NCBI GenBank assembly: GCA_050257015.1
Contig: JBLMWC010000125.1
Location: 1,018 to 65,017 of the forward strand
Direction: 5' to 3'
Origin: Bacillota bacterium
Lineage (GTDB): Bacteria > Gemmatimonadota > Gemmatimonadetes > Gemmatimonadales > GWC2-71-9
DNA: 64,000 nt
This document shows, piece by piece, positions 35,845 through 48,790 of the stretch (position 1 is its first letter; each line of letters opens with the position of its first letter). The position numbers were made by a program, and so were the translations under genes. The notes under the pieces were generated by a model. The model saw only the letters and a list, made by a program, of their open reading frames with translations. It had not been told where the DNA came from and made no database searches.

Positions 35845-38800
35845 TCAATCGGCGTCGAGCGTCCGCGCCACCATCGCCACGAGCCGGTCCGCCGCGTACG
35901 GCTTGGGCAGGAAGCCCTCGACGCCGCGGCCGGTGAGCCGCGCGGCCGCCTCGAGCTCGCCGTAGCCGCTGGAGGCGATGATCGGTACGTCGGCCCGGAT
36001 CGCGCGGAGCAGGGGAATCGCCTCCGCACCGGCCACGACCGGCATCGTCATGTCGAGCAGCACCAGCGCGATCCGGTCGGCCTCCGCGCGGAAGAGATCC
36101 ACCGCCTCCTGGCCGTTGGCGGCCTCCAGCACCTCGTAGCCCGCGGCCCGGAGCGCACCGGCGGCGGCGGCGCGAACGATCTCCTCGTCATCCGCCACCA
36201 GGATCGTGCGACCCGCACCGCGCCCGGCGCGAACCGGCGGTGGCGGTGGCGACGGCTCGGCCGGCGCCGGCTGGGACGAGGCCGGCAACACGACGGTGAA
36301 GCGCGTGCCCCATCCCGGGCGGCTCTGCACGGCAATGCCGCCCTGATGCCCGCGCACGATTCCCAGCGCGGCGGCCAGTCCGAGGCCGCGTCCCATGAAC
36401 TTGGTGGTGAAGAAGGGATCGAAGATGTGGCGCAGGGTCGCGTCGTCCATTCCACCGCCGGTGTCCTCCACGGTGATCTCGACGTATTCCCCCGGTGCGA
36501 GGTCGAAGGCCGGGAACTCGCGACTCGCTTCGTTCGCGGCGATCGTGCGAGCCCGCGTCATGACCGCCACCTCGCCCGCCCCGTCGCCCACCGCCTCGGC
36601 CCCGTTGAGGACGAGGTTCATCACCAGCTGCTGCAGCTGGCTGGCGTCGGCCTCGACCGGCGGCAGCCCGGTGGCGGTGTCGAGCCGCAGGCGCACCTTC
36701 TTCGGGATCGACGACAGGATCAGGCTGGTGATCCCGCGGACAAGCCGCGACACGTCCACCGGCGCGATGAAGAACCGCCCCTTCCCTGCGTACGCGAGAA
36801 GCTGGTTGGTGAGATCGGCCGCCCGCTCGCTGGCGCGGAGCACGTCCTCCAGCAGATCGGCGGCGCCGGCCTCCGGCGGGATCATGTGGAGCGCGAGGCT
36901 CGCGTTCCCCATGATCCCGGTGAGGAGATTGTTGAAGTCGTGCGCGATCCCGCCGGCGAGCACGCCGATGCTCTCGAGCTTCTGCGTGTGACGGAGCGCC
37001 TCGTCGCGGCGCTTCCGGTCGGTGATGTCCCGCATGACGGTCGCCGCACCCGTGATCTCGCCGCCCGAGCGGACCGGGAAGATGCTGAGCGAGACGTCGA
37101 TGCGGCGCCCGCCCTTCGCCAGCCGAACCGTTTCCAGCTGGGTGACGAGCCCGCCCGAGGCGACGCGGGTCAGGTGCTCCTCCTCCTCCATCCGGCGGTC
37201 GGGAGGCAGGATCGTCAGGATGGACCGGCCGACGATCTCGGAGGCGGCGTACCCGAACATCCGCTCAGCCGCCGCGTTCCAGCTCTCGATCGTGCCGTCC
37301 AGCCGCTTGCCGATGATCGCGTCGTCGGACGATTCGACGATGGCCGCGAGCCGGGTGCGCACCTCCTCCGCCTGTCGCCGCTCCGTGTCGTCCACCACGA
37401 CGAGGACCGTGCTCGTCACCCTGCCCTCGCGGATGATCGGCGCGTTGGAGCAGATGACCGGCACCGTGCTTCCGTCACGCCGGAAGAACACGTCCTGGTG
37501 ATTGCGGACCGTCTCGCCCGTGCGGAAGACGCGGCACAGGGGGCACTCGGCGAGCGAGACGGTAGTCCCGTCGGGGCGGCGGGCGTGCGCCGTGTCGTGC
37601 AGAACGCGCCCGAGCAGCTGCTCCCGCGACCAGCCCAGCAGCCGCTCGGCGGCGGGGTTGAGGAAGGTGACGCGGGCCCGGGCGTCCATCAGGAAGAGCG
37701 CATCCTCGGCGTTCTGCGTGATCGTGTCCATCAGATCGAGCTGGTACCTGAGGCGCTCCTCGGCCTGCCGGCGCTCGCTGATGTCCTCGTGCACCAGCAC
37801 GATCTCGCTGATCACGCCATCGACCCGCTTCACGGGGTAGGCGAAGGCCCGGACCCACCGCTGGACGCCCTGATACACGCCGCGGTCCGGAACGTAGCCG
37901 ACGGCGGGCAGCGAGACCGGCTCTCCCGCGAACGCCCGCCGGAGAAGCGGGAGGATGCCGCTCGCCTCGAGCTGCGGGTCCGCCAGAATGTTGTAGTCGC
38001 CGAGCTGATCGAGCGTCGTGCCCCAGAGACGCTCCCACGCGCGGTTGACGAGCACTGTCCGGCCGCCAGGGTCGAGCACCTGTGTGGAGAACACCGACTG
38101 CTCGACCAGCGAGCGGAAGCGCGACTCCGAGACGCGAAGCTCCGCGCCGAAGCGGCTCTGCGCGCGTGCGACGAGGAAGAGCACGATCGAGATGAGCGTT
38201 CCGGCGACGAGCACCAGCGGCGCCCACGGATCGGAGGCGCGGAACCCCGGAGGCGCGTCCACGACGATCGTCCAGACGCCGCCGGGAACCGAGGCGAGCG
38301 TCGACCGCGAGAACTCGGGCGCCGACGTGGCCGGCGGTCGGCCGGCGAACCCACGCGAGTCGTGCAGCAGCTCCGCGGAGTCGGGCCGCGGTCCGTCGTA
38401 GACCCTGAGATCCAGCCGCTCGACCGGCGTGTGCGCGAACAGCCGGCCCAGCACGTCGTCTGCCCGGAACGGACTGTACACGACGCCCACGAACGCCGCC
38501 CGCCGCTCCTCGGGAGTGATCGGCCGCTCGCCGTTCCGGTAGACGGGGACGAAGATCAGAAAGCCGGGCTGATGCCGGCCGTCGATCTCCTGCACGAGCG
38601 ACACCCGGCCCGACGTGACGGCGCGACCCTCGCGCCGCGCCCGGTCGATCGCCGTGCGGCGGACCGAATCGGCGTACATGTCGTAGCCGAGCGCCACGCG
38701 GTTCCGGCGGTCGAGGGGCTCGAGAAAGACGATGGCATGCCGCTCGCCAGGCGCCGAGGGTGGCGTGAGGCGAAACTCGGGCGCCACTTCGCGGCGCATC

Positions 38801-39150
38801 GCCTGCACGAGGGCGGAGTCGCGCCCCGGCGGCACCAGGACAGAATAGCCGATCCCCAGCGCGCCCGGGTAGCGGCGCGGCAGGTCGACCTCCTCCGCGA
38901 ACCTCCGGAACTCGCCAGCCGTGACGGTGTCCGACGCCGCGAACAGTGCCGCCGCCCCGCGGAGCATGGCGACGTGCGGGCCCAGACGCCGCTCGACACC
39001 CTGGCGCACCTGCTCGACGAGCTCGAGGAAGCGCTCGCGGTCGCGGGACCGGGTCGAGCGGTGAACGTACGACGCCATCGCCGCCGTTGCGGCGAGGCCG
39101 AGCAGGAGAATGAAGTGGGGGAGGCCCCGGCCGGGATTACGGGGCCGCAT
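35845..39150 (-). CDS. CHASE-domain hybrid sensor histidine kinase (CHASE, TM, 3 PAS, HisKA, HATPase_c, receiver)
   Basis: ORF 35845..39150. Periplasmic CHASE-like N-terminus (...GALGIGYSVLV...HAIVFLEPLDRRNRVALGYDMY...), PAS repeats, H-box GGIAHDFNNLL, and receiver TILVADDEEIV...LVLLDMTMP...LPKPY. Confidence 0.85.
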   Translation of the reverse strand: MRPRNPGRGLPHFILLLGLAATAAMASYVHRSTRSRDRERFLELVEQVRQGVERRLGPHVAMLRGAAALFAASDTVTAGEFRRFAEEVDLPRRYPGALGIGYSVLVPPGRDSALVQAMRREVAPEFRLTPPSAPGERHAIVFLEPLDRRNRVALGYDMYADSVRRTAIDRARREGRAVTSGRVSLVQEIDGRHQPGFLIFVPVYRNGERPITPEERRAAFVGVVYSPFRADDVLGRLFAHTPVERLDLRVYDGPRPDSAELLHDSRGFAGRPPATSAPEFSRSTLASVPGGVWTIVVDAPPGFRASDPWAPLVLVAGTLISIVLFLVARAQSRFGAELRVSESRFRSLVEQSVFSTQVLDPGGRTVLVNRAWERLWGTTLDQLGDYNILADPQLEASGILPLLRRAFAGEPVSLPAVGYVPDRGVYQGVQRWVRAFAYPVKRVDGVISEIVLVHEDISERRQAEERLRYQLDLMDTITQNAEDALFLMDARARVTFLNPAAERLLGWSREQLLGRVLHDTAHARRPDGTTVSLAECPLCRVFRTGETVRNHQDVFFRRDGSTVPVICSNAPIIREGRVTSTVLVVVDDTERRQAEEVRTRLAAIVESSDDAIIGKRLDGTIESWNAAAERMFGYAASEIVGRSILTILPPDRRMEEEEHLTRVASGGLVTQLETVRLAKGGRRIDVSLSIFPVRSGGEITGAATVMRDITDRKRRDEALRHTQKLESIGVLAGGIAHDFNNLLTGIMGNASLALHMIPPEAGAADLLEDVLRASERAADLTNQLLAYAGKGRFFIAPVDVSRLVRGITSLILSSIPKKVRLRLDTATGLPPVEADASQLQQLVMNLVLNGAEAVGDGAGEVAVMTRARTIAANEASREFPAFDLAPGEYVEITVEDTGGGMDDATLRHIFDPFFTTKFMGRGLGLAAALGIVRGHQGGIAVQSRPGWGTRFTVVLPASSQPAPAEPSPPPPPVRAGRGAGRTILVADDEEIVRAAAAGALRAAGYEVLEAANGQEAVDLFRAEADRIALVLLDMTMPVVAGAEAIPLLRAIRADVPIIASSGYGELEAAARLTGRGVEGFLPKPYAADRLVAMVARTLDAD

Positions 39151-39179
39151 CGACGATCCGGCTCATGGCCGCGGAGCGG

Positions 39180-39857
39180 CTAGAGTCCCGGCACGCGGAT
39201 GGCGTAATGCACGCCGACACCGAAGGTGCCGTAGGTGACGCCGTCGCGTCGGCTCCAGTCGTAGCCGGTATGCAGGCCGAGTCCGCTGAGAAGGTTGAAC
39301 TCGATCCCGCCGCTGATCGCGAATGCAGTGGACGTGGCCGTGGTACCCTCGACCGTGGAGCGCACGATGTCGATGCGCGGCGCGAGCCACGGCTTGATGG
39401 CGAGCACGGGGTTCGGCAGGCTCATCGCAATTCCGACGCCGATGGGCACCCGGAGGTTGGTCACATGCGACGTGGCGCCGCTCGGCTGGGCGATGAACGC
39501 ATTGCGCGAATAGCCGGCGCCGCCCTGCAGCGTCACCGAGAGCGGAATCAGCGGACCCCCGAGGAGCTTGTAGTCCACCGTCGCCCCCACCCCGACGGAG
39601 TTGCCCCCCTCGCCGCTCGGATCGGAGCGGATCGCCATCGCCGTCATGCCGAAGATGCCGAGCCCCATGCGCGCGCTCGCTCCGTACGCGATCCCGCCGC
39701 CGGCCGCGTTGTTCGGCACGCCGAACTCGCCCGCGAGCGCGAGGCCTCCGGCGACGCCGCTGTTGTAGACGGGTATTCCGCGCACCTGCGCGCCGAGACC
39801 CCCGGCAGCCCCGGTGACGAGAAGAGCGGTGAACGCCAGCGTGGTCATCTGCGGCAT
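39180..39857 (-). CDS. Small outer-membrane beta-barrel protein
   Basis: ORF 39180..39857. Signal peptide ending GLGAQ, Gly/aromatic alternating strands, and SD CAGGAGGA before the ATG. Confidence 0.6.
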   Translation of the reverse strand: MPQMTTLAFTALLVTGAAGGLGAQVRGIPVYNSGVAGGLALAGEFGVPNNAAGGGIAYGASARMGLGIFGMTAMAIRSDPSGEGGNSVGVGATVDYKLLGGPLIPLSVTLQGGAGYSRNAFIAQPSGATSHVTNLRVPIGVGIAMSLPNPVLAIKPWLAPRIDIVRSTVEGTTATSTAFAISGGIEFNLLSGLGLHTGYDWSRRDGVTYGTFGVGVHYAIRVPGL

Positions 39858-39899
39858 TGATCCTCCTGAGTGGCGCCGGATCGGGAAGCGGGAATCCGG

Positions 39900-39929
39900 A
39901 AGCTAGAGCGGGGAGCGCGGGCCCGTCAA
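39900..39929 (-). promoter_or_regulatory. Candidate promoter TTGACG-N18-TAGCTT for the 39857 barrel gene
   Basis: On the minus strand, TTGACG is at 39929..39924 and TAGCTT at 39905..39900, directly after the upstream terminator. Confidence 0.3.
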
Positions 39930-39933
39930 TCAC

Positions 39934-39965
39934 TAAAAAAAGCGCCCGGCCACCGGCCGGGCGCT
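39934..39965 (-). terminator. Intrinsic terminator ending the atpAGDC-barrel transcription unit
   Basis: Minus-strand RNA: AGCGCCCGGCC-GGU-GGCCGGGCGCU followed by U7. It lies 19 nt after the stop at 39984. Confidence 0.85.
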
Positions 39966-39983
39966 GGACAGCCAGTAATGCGG

Positions 39984-40598
39984 TTAGTGCACGAACGCCA
40001 CGGCGACGCCGATGCCGCGGCGGTCCGCGTCACCCAGCGCGCCGCTCACGCGCACGTCGAGGCTGCGGGTCAGTCGCACATCCACACCAAGACCGAGGTC
40101 GAACGCGACGCGGCTGTCGCCGTTCCCGAAGGTCGGAACCATGGTCGGCATCAGGTAGGGCACGAAGCTGGTGTTGGAGCCTTCGAGCTCGACCCGCCGG
40201 CCGACGGTGAGGCCGACCGGGACGGTGAACAGCGTGTTGCCGTTGCCGAAGAGTCCGCCCAGGCCGAGGGTCAGCGCGCCGTCGAGCGGGAAATCCTGCG
40301 AGCTCTGCAGCACGCGCGTCCGGAAGTTGCCGCCCACGGACACCGCGCTCTCACCGCAGCAGTAATTGATGTAGGCGACGCCGAGTCCGAAGTCGTTCCG
40401 GCCGCGGCCCAGGCCGTAGAAGCCCTCGAGCGCGTAGTCGGCCCCGGTCGGCTGGGAGAAGCCGACGCCCAGCTCGTAATTCGTGAAGGCGCGGTACGGC
40501 GCCTTGTACATCGGCGTGAACAGCTCCTGCGCGGTAACGCTCGAGCCGGCCAGCGCCATGGCGGCGACGAACAACCCAGCGGACAGTCTTCGAATCAT
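39984..40598 (-). CDS. Small outer-membrane beta-barrel protein
   Basis: ORF 39984..40598. Signal peptide MIRRLSAGLFVAAMALAGSSVTAQ and a Gly-rich strand pattern. Its ATG is 1 nt after the atpC stop and its SD (GAGGAG) lies inside atpC. Confidence 0.6.
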   Translation of the reverse strand: MIRRLSAGLFVAAMALAGSSVTAQELFTPMYKAPYRAFTNYELGVGFSQPTGADYALEGFYGLGRGRNDFGLGVAYINYCCGESAVSVGGNFRTRVLQSSQDFPLDGALTLGLGGLFGNGNTLFTVPVGLTVGRRVELEGSNTSFVPYLMPTMVPTFGNGDSRVAFDLGLGVDVRLTRSLDVRVSGALGDADRRGIGVAVAFVH

Positions 40599-40599
40599 G

Positions 40600-44816
<4,217 letters not shown>

Positions 44817-44856
44817 GTATCCGGTATGCCTGGCTAAGGTTCGGTTGGAGATCAGC

Positions 44857-44874
44857 TTGTGAAAATAATCACAA
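44857..44874. promoter_or_regulatory. Perfect CRP/FNR-superfamily-type palindrome TTGTGA-N6-TCACAA upstream of atpA
   Basis: TTGTGAAAATAATCACAA is exactly palindromic in its half-sites. It sits in a locally AT-rich patch 41 nt from the atpA ATG. Confidence 0.5.
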
Positions 44875-44932
44875 TGGCAGGGGGCGGCAAGATCGGCAGT
44901 CAGGCCGAACGGGGTGGCCGGCCGGGGGAATC

Positions 44933-45706
44933 CTACCGGACGCGACTCCGCGTATTCCCGCGCACGAACGCCGCTAGGACGCCCCGGGGACCGAGCGCGC
45001 CGAGGGCCCCGGGCGTCACGCCGGCGATCCGCCGTGCGGTGCTCGCGAGATGGCTCGACGAGGCGAAGTGCAGGAGGCGTACGACGGTGCCCGAGGTGTA
45101 GCCCGGGTTCTGGAGCAGCTGCGCCGCGCACGCGATCCGGGTCAGGTCGATGACCCGCTTCAGATTGGGCGCGCCGCCGGCGCCGAACTGGCGGGAGAGG
45201 TATTCCCGGCTCACCTCGAGGTGCCGAGCGAGCTGCGCGGTGCGGACCGGGTGCTCGACAGCGCTCAGGAGATAGTCCCACGTCATCCGCTGGAGCGGCT
45301 CGGTGAGACGGAGCGCACGCGGCGCGTCCGCCATCGCGCGCCGCCTGGCACTGGTGAGCGAGCAGCGGGAGACGATCTCCCCCACCACCGCGTCATCCAC
45401 CCCCTCGACCGCGACCGCGGTGACCTGCTGGCGGCGGCAGCTCACCAGCAGCTCGCCGTCGTCGGGCCGGAACGGGGCGTAGGCGACGATGGGGATCTGC
45501 GGCACCCGGCCGCGCAGCGACGCGACCACGAGCGCCACCGCGGCGCTCGGCGCGAGCACGATGGCGTCCACCAGCCGCTGCGCGATCGCGCGATCGAGCG
45601 CCGCCGCGGTGCGGCAGGCCACCACCCTGGCGCCGGTCCTGGGCAGGGTGCGGCGCAGCGCCGCCATCGCGCTGCGGCTGTCGAGCATCGCGGCGACGGC
45701 GGGCAT
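44933..45706 (-). CDS. AraC-family transcriptional regulator with N-terminal receiver-like (probably pseudo-receiver) domain
   Basis: ORF 44933..45706. C-terminal AraC HTH ([21 protein letters not shown]...[25 protein letters not shown]). The N-terminus has CheY-like alternation, but IVLAPS occupies the place where a phospho-acceptor Asp is expected. Confidence 0.7.
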   Translation of the reverse strand: MPAVAAMLDSRSAMAALRRTLPRTGARVVACRTAAALDRAIAQRLVDAIVLAPSAAVALVVASLRGRVPQIPIVAYAPFRPDDGELLVSCRRQQVTAVAVEGVDDAVVGEIVSRCSLTSARRRAMADAPRALRLTEPLQRMTWDYLLSAVEHPVRTAQLARHLEVSREYLSRQFGAGGAPNLKRVIDLTRIACAAQLLQNPGYTSGTVVRLLHFASSSHLASTARRIAGVTPGALGALGPRGVLAAFVRGNTRSRVR

Positions 45707-45707
45707 C

Positions 45708-46253
45708 TCAGGCCGGCGGACCGAGCGGTGGCAGGCCGACCGGCTCGTCGGCGTCGTCGGCCGGGAGAACGATGCCGGCGCGGGGAGCGCGATCGGGGCG
45801 CCCCTTCCCCACCGCCACGAGCGTCCGGACCATTTCGCCGGCCCGCTTGAGGACGCCGCGCGCGTTATCGTAGCTCAGCACTTCGAGCGCCTCCTCGAGC
45901 ACGCACCAGCGGCACGCCGTGATCCCCTCGTCGAGCTGCGGCGCCGCGTCGCCGTCGGGCGACTCGAAGAGAAAGAAGTGGCAGTACTTGTGGATGTGCC
46001 GGCCGCGGAAGCGGAAATGCCAGTCGATGACCCGGATGGGGCCCTGCAGGATCAGCCGCTCGAGCCCCGTTTCCTCCGCCGTCTCGCGGAGCGCCGCCTC
46101 GGCCGGCGTCTCCGACTCCTCGAGATGGCCCTTGGGAAAGCCCCAGTTGTCGTACGAATCACGGATCAGCAGAAATCGCGCGAGCTGCTCGGGAGGACGC
46201 CGGAAGACGATCCCGCCGGCGCTCACCTCGAGCTCGGGACGACGCTTGCCCAT
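45708..46253 (-). CDS. NUDIX hydrolase
   Basis: C-terminal part of ORF 45708..47039, from ATG 46253. Nudix box GHLEESETPAEAALRETAEETGL. Confidence 0.8.
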   Translation of the reverse strand: MGKRRPELEVSAGGIVFRRPPEQLARFLLIRDSYDNWGFPKGHLEESETPAEAALRETAEETGLERLILQGPIRVIDWHFRFRGRHIHKYCHFFLFESPDGDAAPQLDEGITACRWCVLEEALEVLSYDNARGVLKRAGEMVRTLVAVGKGRPDRAPRAGIVLPADDADEPVGLPPLGPPA

Positions 46254-47260
46254 CAGAAGACCGAAACCTTGATGTATTTCCTCGGGTGTGCCTGGATGTC
46301 CGCCATCAGCTCGCGGAACTGCCGCATCGTCGCCGCCGTCTCGTAGTACAGCGTCGAGTCGTTGGCGAGCTTGCCGAGCGTGCCGTTGCCGCTCTGCATC
46401 TTGCTGAGCAGCGAGTCGGCCGACTGCAGGATGCGGACGAGGCTGGCGTCGTTGGCCCGCATGGTGGCCATGAGCTGGCGGAAGTCGGCCGACGCCTGGC
46501 GCAGGTCGCCGCTGGCGTCGCGGCCGTTGTTCATGATCTCCCGGAGCTGGCCCTGATTGGTGGCGCTGTCCACCCGTGCCGCCGAGGCGCTGAGGCTGCG
46601 GGTCGCGCCGGCGAAGGCGTCCGAGGTGCTCACGAGGTCCGACGTCACCCGGTCCACGCGCGTCGTCTGACTCCCGGCGAACTTCACGAGGCGGTTGCTG
46701 ATCGCCGCCATGTCGAGCACGCTCTGCCGGAGCTGCTGGAGCGCCACGCTGTCGAAGGCGCCCTGCACGCGCTGGGTCACGTTCGCGATGTCGGTGGCGA
46801 TGCGGCTGGCCTGGGCCGTCAGCTGGCCGATGTCGGGGAGCGTGGCACCCGGCCAGGCCGATCCGCCGGCCTGGTCCGACTCGATCAGCGCGGCGCGCAC
46901 GTTGGGATCGTCCGGCAACGGCTCGAGCGGAATGATGTTGGCCGACCAGCCGCCGAAGAGGCTCGCGGAGGCGGCGATCACCGCCGGCTTGGCGGGAAGG
47001 TTCACGTCGCGGTCGATGCTGAAGTCGGTCTCGACCCACGCGTTCTTCACCAGCCGGATCGCGACGACCTTGCCCACCTTGACGCCGCGCAGGGTGACGG
47101 GATTGCCGACCTGCAGTCCTTCCACCGTCCGGAAGCGCGCCGTGTAGGTCGCTTCCTTCTGATTGAGGTCGGCTTCGCTGAGCCAGAGTGCGCCGGCGAT
47201 CACGAGGAAGAGCGCGGCGAGCACGGCGAGGCCGACGACGAATTCATTGCGGCGTTTCAT
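46253..47260 (-). CDS. mlaD: MCE-domain substrate-binding protein (MlaD-like)
   Basis: Part of ORF 46253..47425, from ATG 47260. N-terminal TM FVVGLAVLAALFLVIAGALWL, MCE domain (...FRTVEGLQVGNPVTLRGVKVGKV), and a long helical C-terminus. Confidence 0.8.
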   Translation of the reverse strand: MKRRNEFVVGLAVLAALFLVIAGALWLSEADLNQKEATYTARFRTVEGLQVGNPVTLRGVKVGKVVAIRLVKNAWVETDFSIDRDVNLPAKPAVIAASASLFGGWSANIIPLEPLPDDPNVRAALIESDQAGGSAWPGATLPDIGQLTAQASRIATDIANVTQRVQGAFDSVALQQLRQSVLDMAAISNRLVKFAGSQTTRVDRVTSDLVSTSDAFAGATRSLSASAARVDSATNQGQLREIMNNGRDASGDLRQASADFRQLMATMRANDASLVRILQSADSLLSKMQSGNGTLGKLANDSTLYYETAATMRQFRELMADIQAHPRKYIKVSVF

Positions 47261-47264
47261 CGGC

Positions 47265-48017
47265 TCAATCCTTCCCGGTGCCGGCGGGGACGCCCGGATC
47301 CGGTCGTCCTTCGATGAACTGGCGCACGACGGGGTCCTCCGTCGCACGGATCTCGTCGGCAGTGCCGACCTGGCGGATGCGGCCCTCGTGCAGCATCGCG
47401 ATCCGGTCACCCACGGCGAAGGCACTGCCCATGTCGTGCGTGACGATCACGCCGGTCACTCCCATGTCGCGGGTGCGGATCATGAGCTCGTTCATGACGG
47501 CGGTGGTCACCGGATCGAGGCCGGTGGTCGGCTCGTCGTACAGGATGTAGCGCGGCCGGAGCGCGACGGCGCGCGCGATGCCGACCCGTTTGCGCATGCC
47601 GCCGGACAGCTCCGCGGGCAGCTTCTCCTCTACCCCGGCCAGGTCCACCAGTGCGAGACTCTGCCGCATCCGCTCCGCGATCTCGTCGCGTTCGAAGCCG
47701 CGGCGCTTCAGTCCCAGCGCGATGTTCTCGGCCACCGTCATCGAGTCGAAGAGGGCGGCGAACTGGAAGACGTAGCCGATCTTCCCGCGGAGCGCCGCCA
47801 GCCCGTCACGATCGAGGTCGGCCACGACGGCGTCATCCACCATGACGCGCCCGGCGTCGGGCTGGATCAGCCCGATGATGCAGCGAAGCGTCACGCTCTT
47901 TCCGCTGCCGGAGCGGCCGATGATGACGGTGTTCTCGCCATCGGCGACGTCGAGGTCCACGCCGTTGAGGATGATGCGGGGACCGAACGCCTTGCAGACC
48001 CTGTCGAGCCGGATCAC
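47265..48017 (-). CDS. mlaF: ABC transporter ATP-binding protein (MlaF-like)
   Basis: C-terminal part of ORF 47265..49331, from GTG 48017. Walker A GRSGSGKS, signature LSGGMRKR, and Walker B ILYDEPTTGLD. Confidence 0.85.
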   Translation of the reverse strand: MIRLDRVCKAFGPRIILNGVDLDVADGENTVIIGRSGSGKSVTLRCIIGLIQPDAGRVMVDDAVVADLDRDGLAALRGKIGYVFQFAALFDSMTVAENIALGLKRRGFERDEIAERMRQSLALVDLAGVEEKLPAELSGGMRKRVGIARAVALRPRYILYDEPTTGLDPVTTAVMNELMIRTRDMGVTGVIVTHDMGSAFAVGDRIAMLHEGRIRQVGTADEIRATEDPVVRQFIEGRPDPGVPAGTGKD

Positions 48018-48781
48018 AGGAGCACGAGCGCCCAGAACGCGTCGAGCACGAGGATCGCCTCGCACCCCAGCACCACGGCGCGGGTGGTGGCCGCCCCCAC
48101 CCCTTCGGCGCCGCCGCGGGCGGAAAGCCCCTTCAGGCAGCCCATCAGCGCGATGGCCGCGCCGAAGCTGGCGCTCTTCACCAGACCGAACCAGACGTCC
48201 TTGAACTTGTAGAAGAGCCGGAGTCCCTTGAAGAACTCCACCGACGACAAATCGAGCAGGTTGATCGAAGTGAGCCAGCCGGCGGTGACGCCGACCGCCA
48301 CGGCGAACGCCGTGATGACCGGAAACATCAGCGTCGCGGCGATGACGCGCGGCACCACCAGGTACGAGCGCGGGTCGTAGGCCAGCGTCTCGAGCGCATC
48401 CACCTGCTCGGTGACCCGCATCGTGCCGAGCTCGGCGGCGATGTTCGCGCCGACCCTTCCGGCCAGCGCCATCCCGGTGAGGACCGGCCCCAGCTCCATC
48501 ATCACCGTCTTCCCCACGAGGGCGCCCACCATGTAGAGGGGCATCGCGCCGGTGAAGATGTACGAAGCGAGGAGGGCGAGGACGATGCCGGTGAAGACGG
48601 CGATGAAGATGGCGATCGGGATGGAGTCCACGCCGAGCCGGCGCATGTGCCCGATGACGAGCGGCCGCCAGACGGAGACGTCGGCCAGCGCCCGCGTGGC
48701 GCCGAGGGTCCAGCGTCCCACCTGCGAGATGAATTCGATCCGCCCGGGGGCGCGGAGAGCTTCGAGACGCCGCACGGGCAA
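48014..48781 (-). CDS. mlaE: ABC transporter permease (MlaE-like)
   Basis: ORF 48014..48781. Motifs: ELGPVLTGMALAGRVGANIAAELGTMRVTEQVDAL. It has a non-ATG start (TTG 48781 or GTG 48775), so the start is uncertain. Confidence 0.8.
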   Translation of the reverse strand: MPVRRLEALRAPGRIEFISQVGRWTLGATRALADVSVWRPLVIGHMRRLGVDSIPIAIFIAVFTGIVLALLASYIFTGAMPLYMVGALVGKTVMMELGPVLTGMALAGRVGANIAAELGTMRVTEQVDALETLAYDPRSYLVVPRVIAATLMFPVITAFAVAVGVTAGWLTSINLLDLSSVEFFKGLRLFYKFKDVWFGLVKSASFGAAIALMGCLKGLSARGGAEGVGAATTRAVVLGCEAILVLDAFWALVLL

Positions 48782-48790
48782 AAGCTACCG

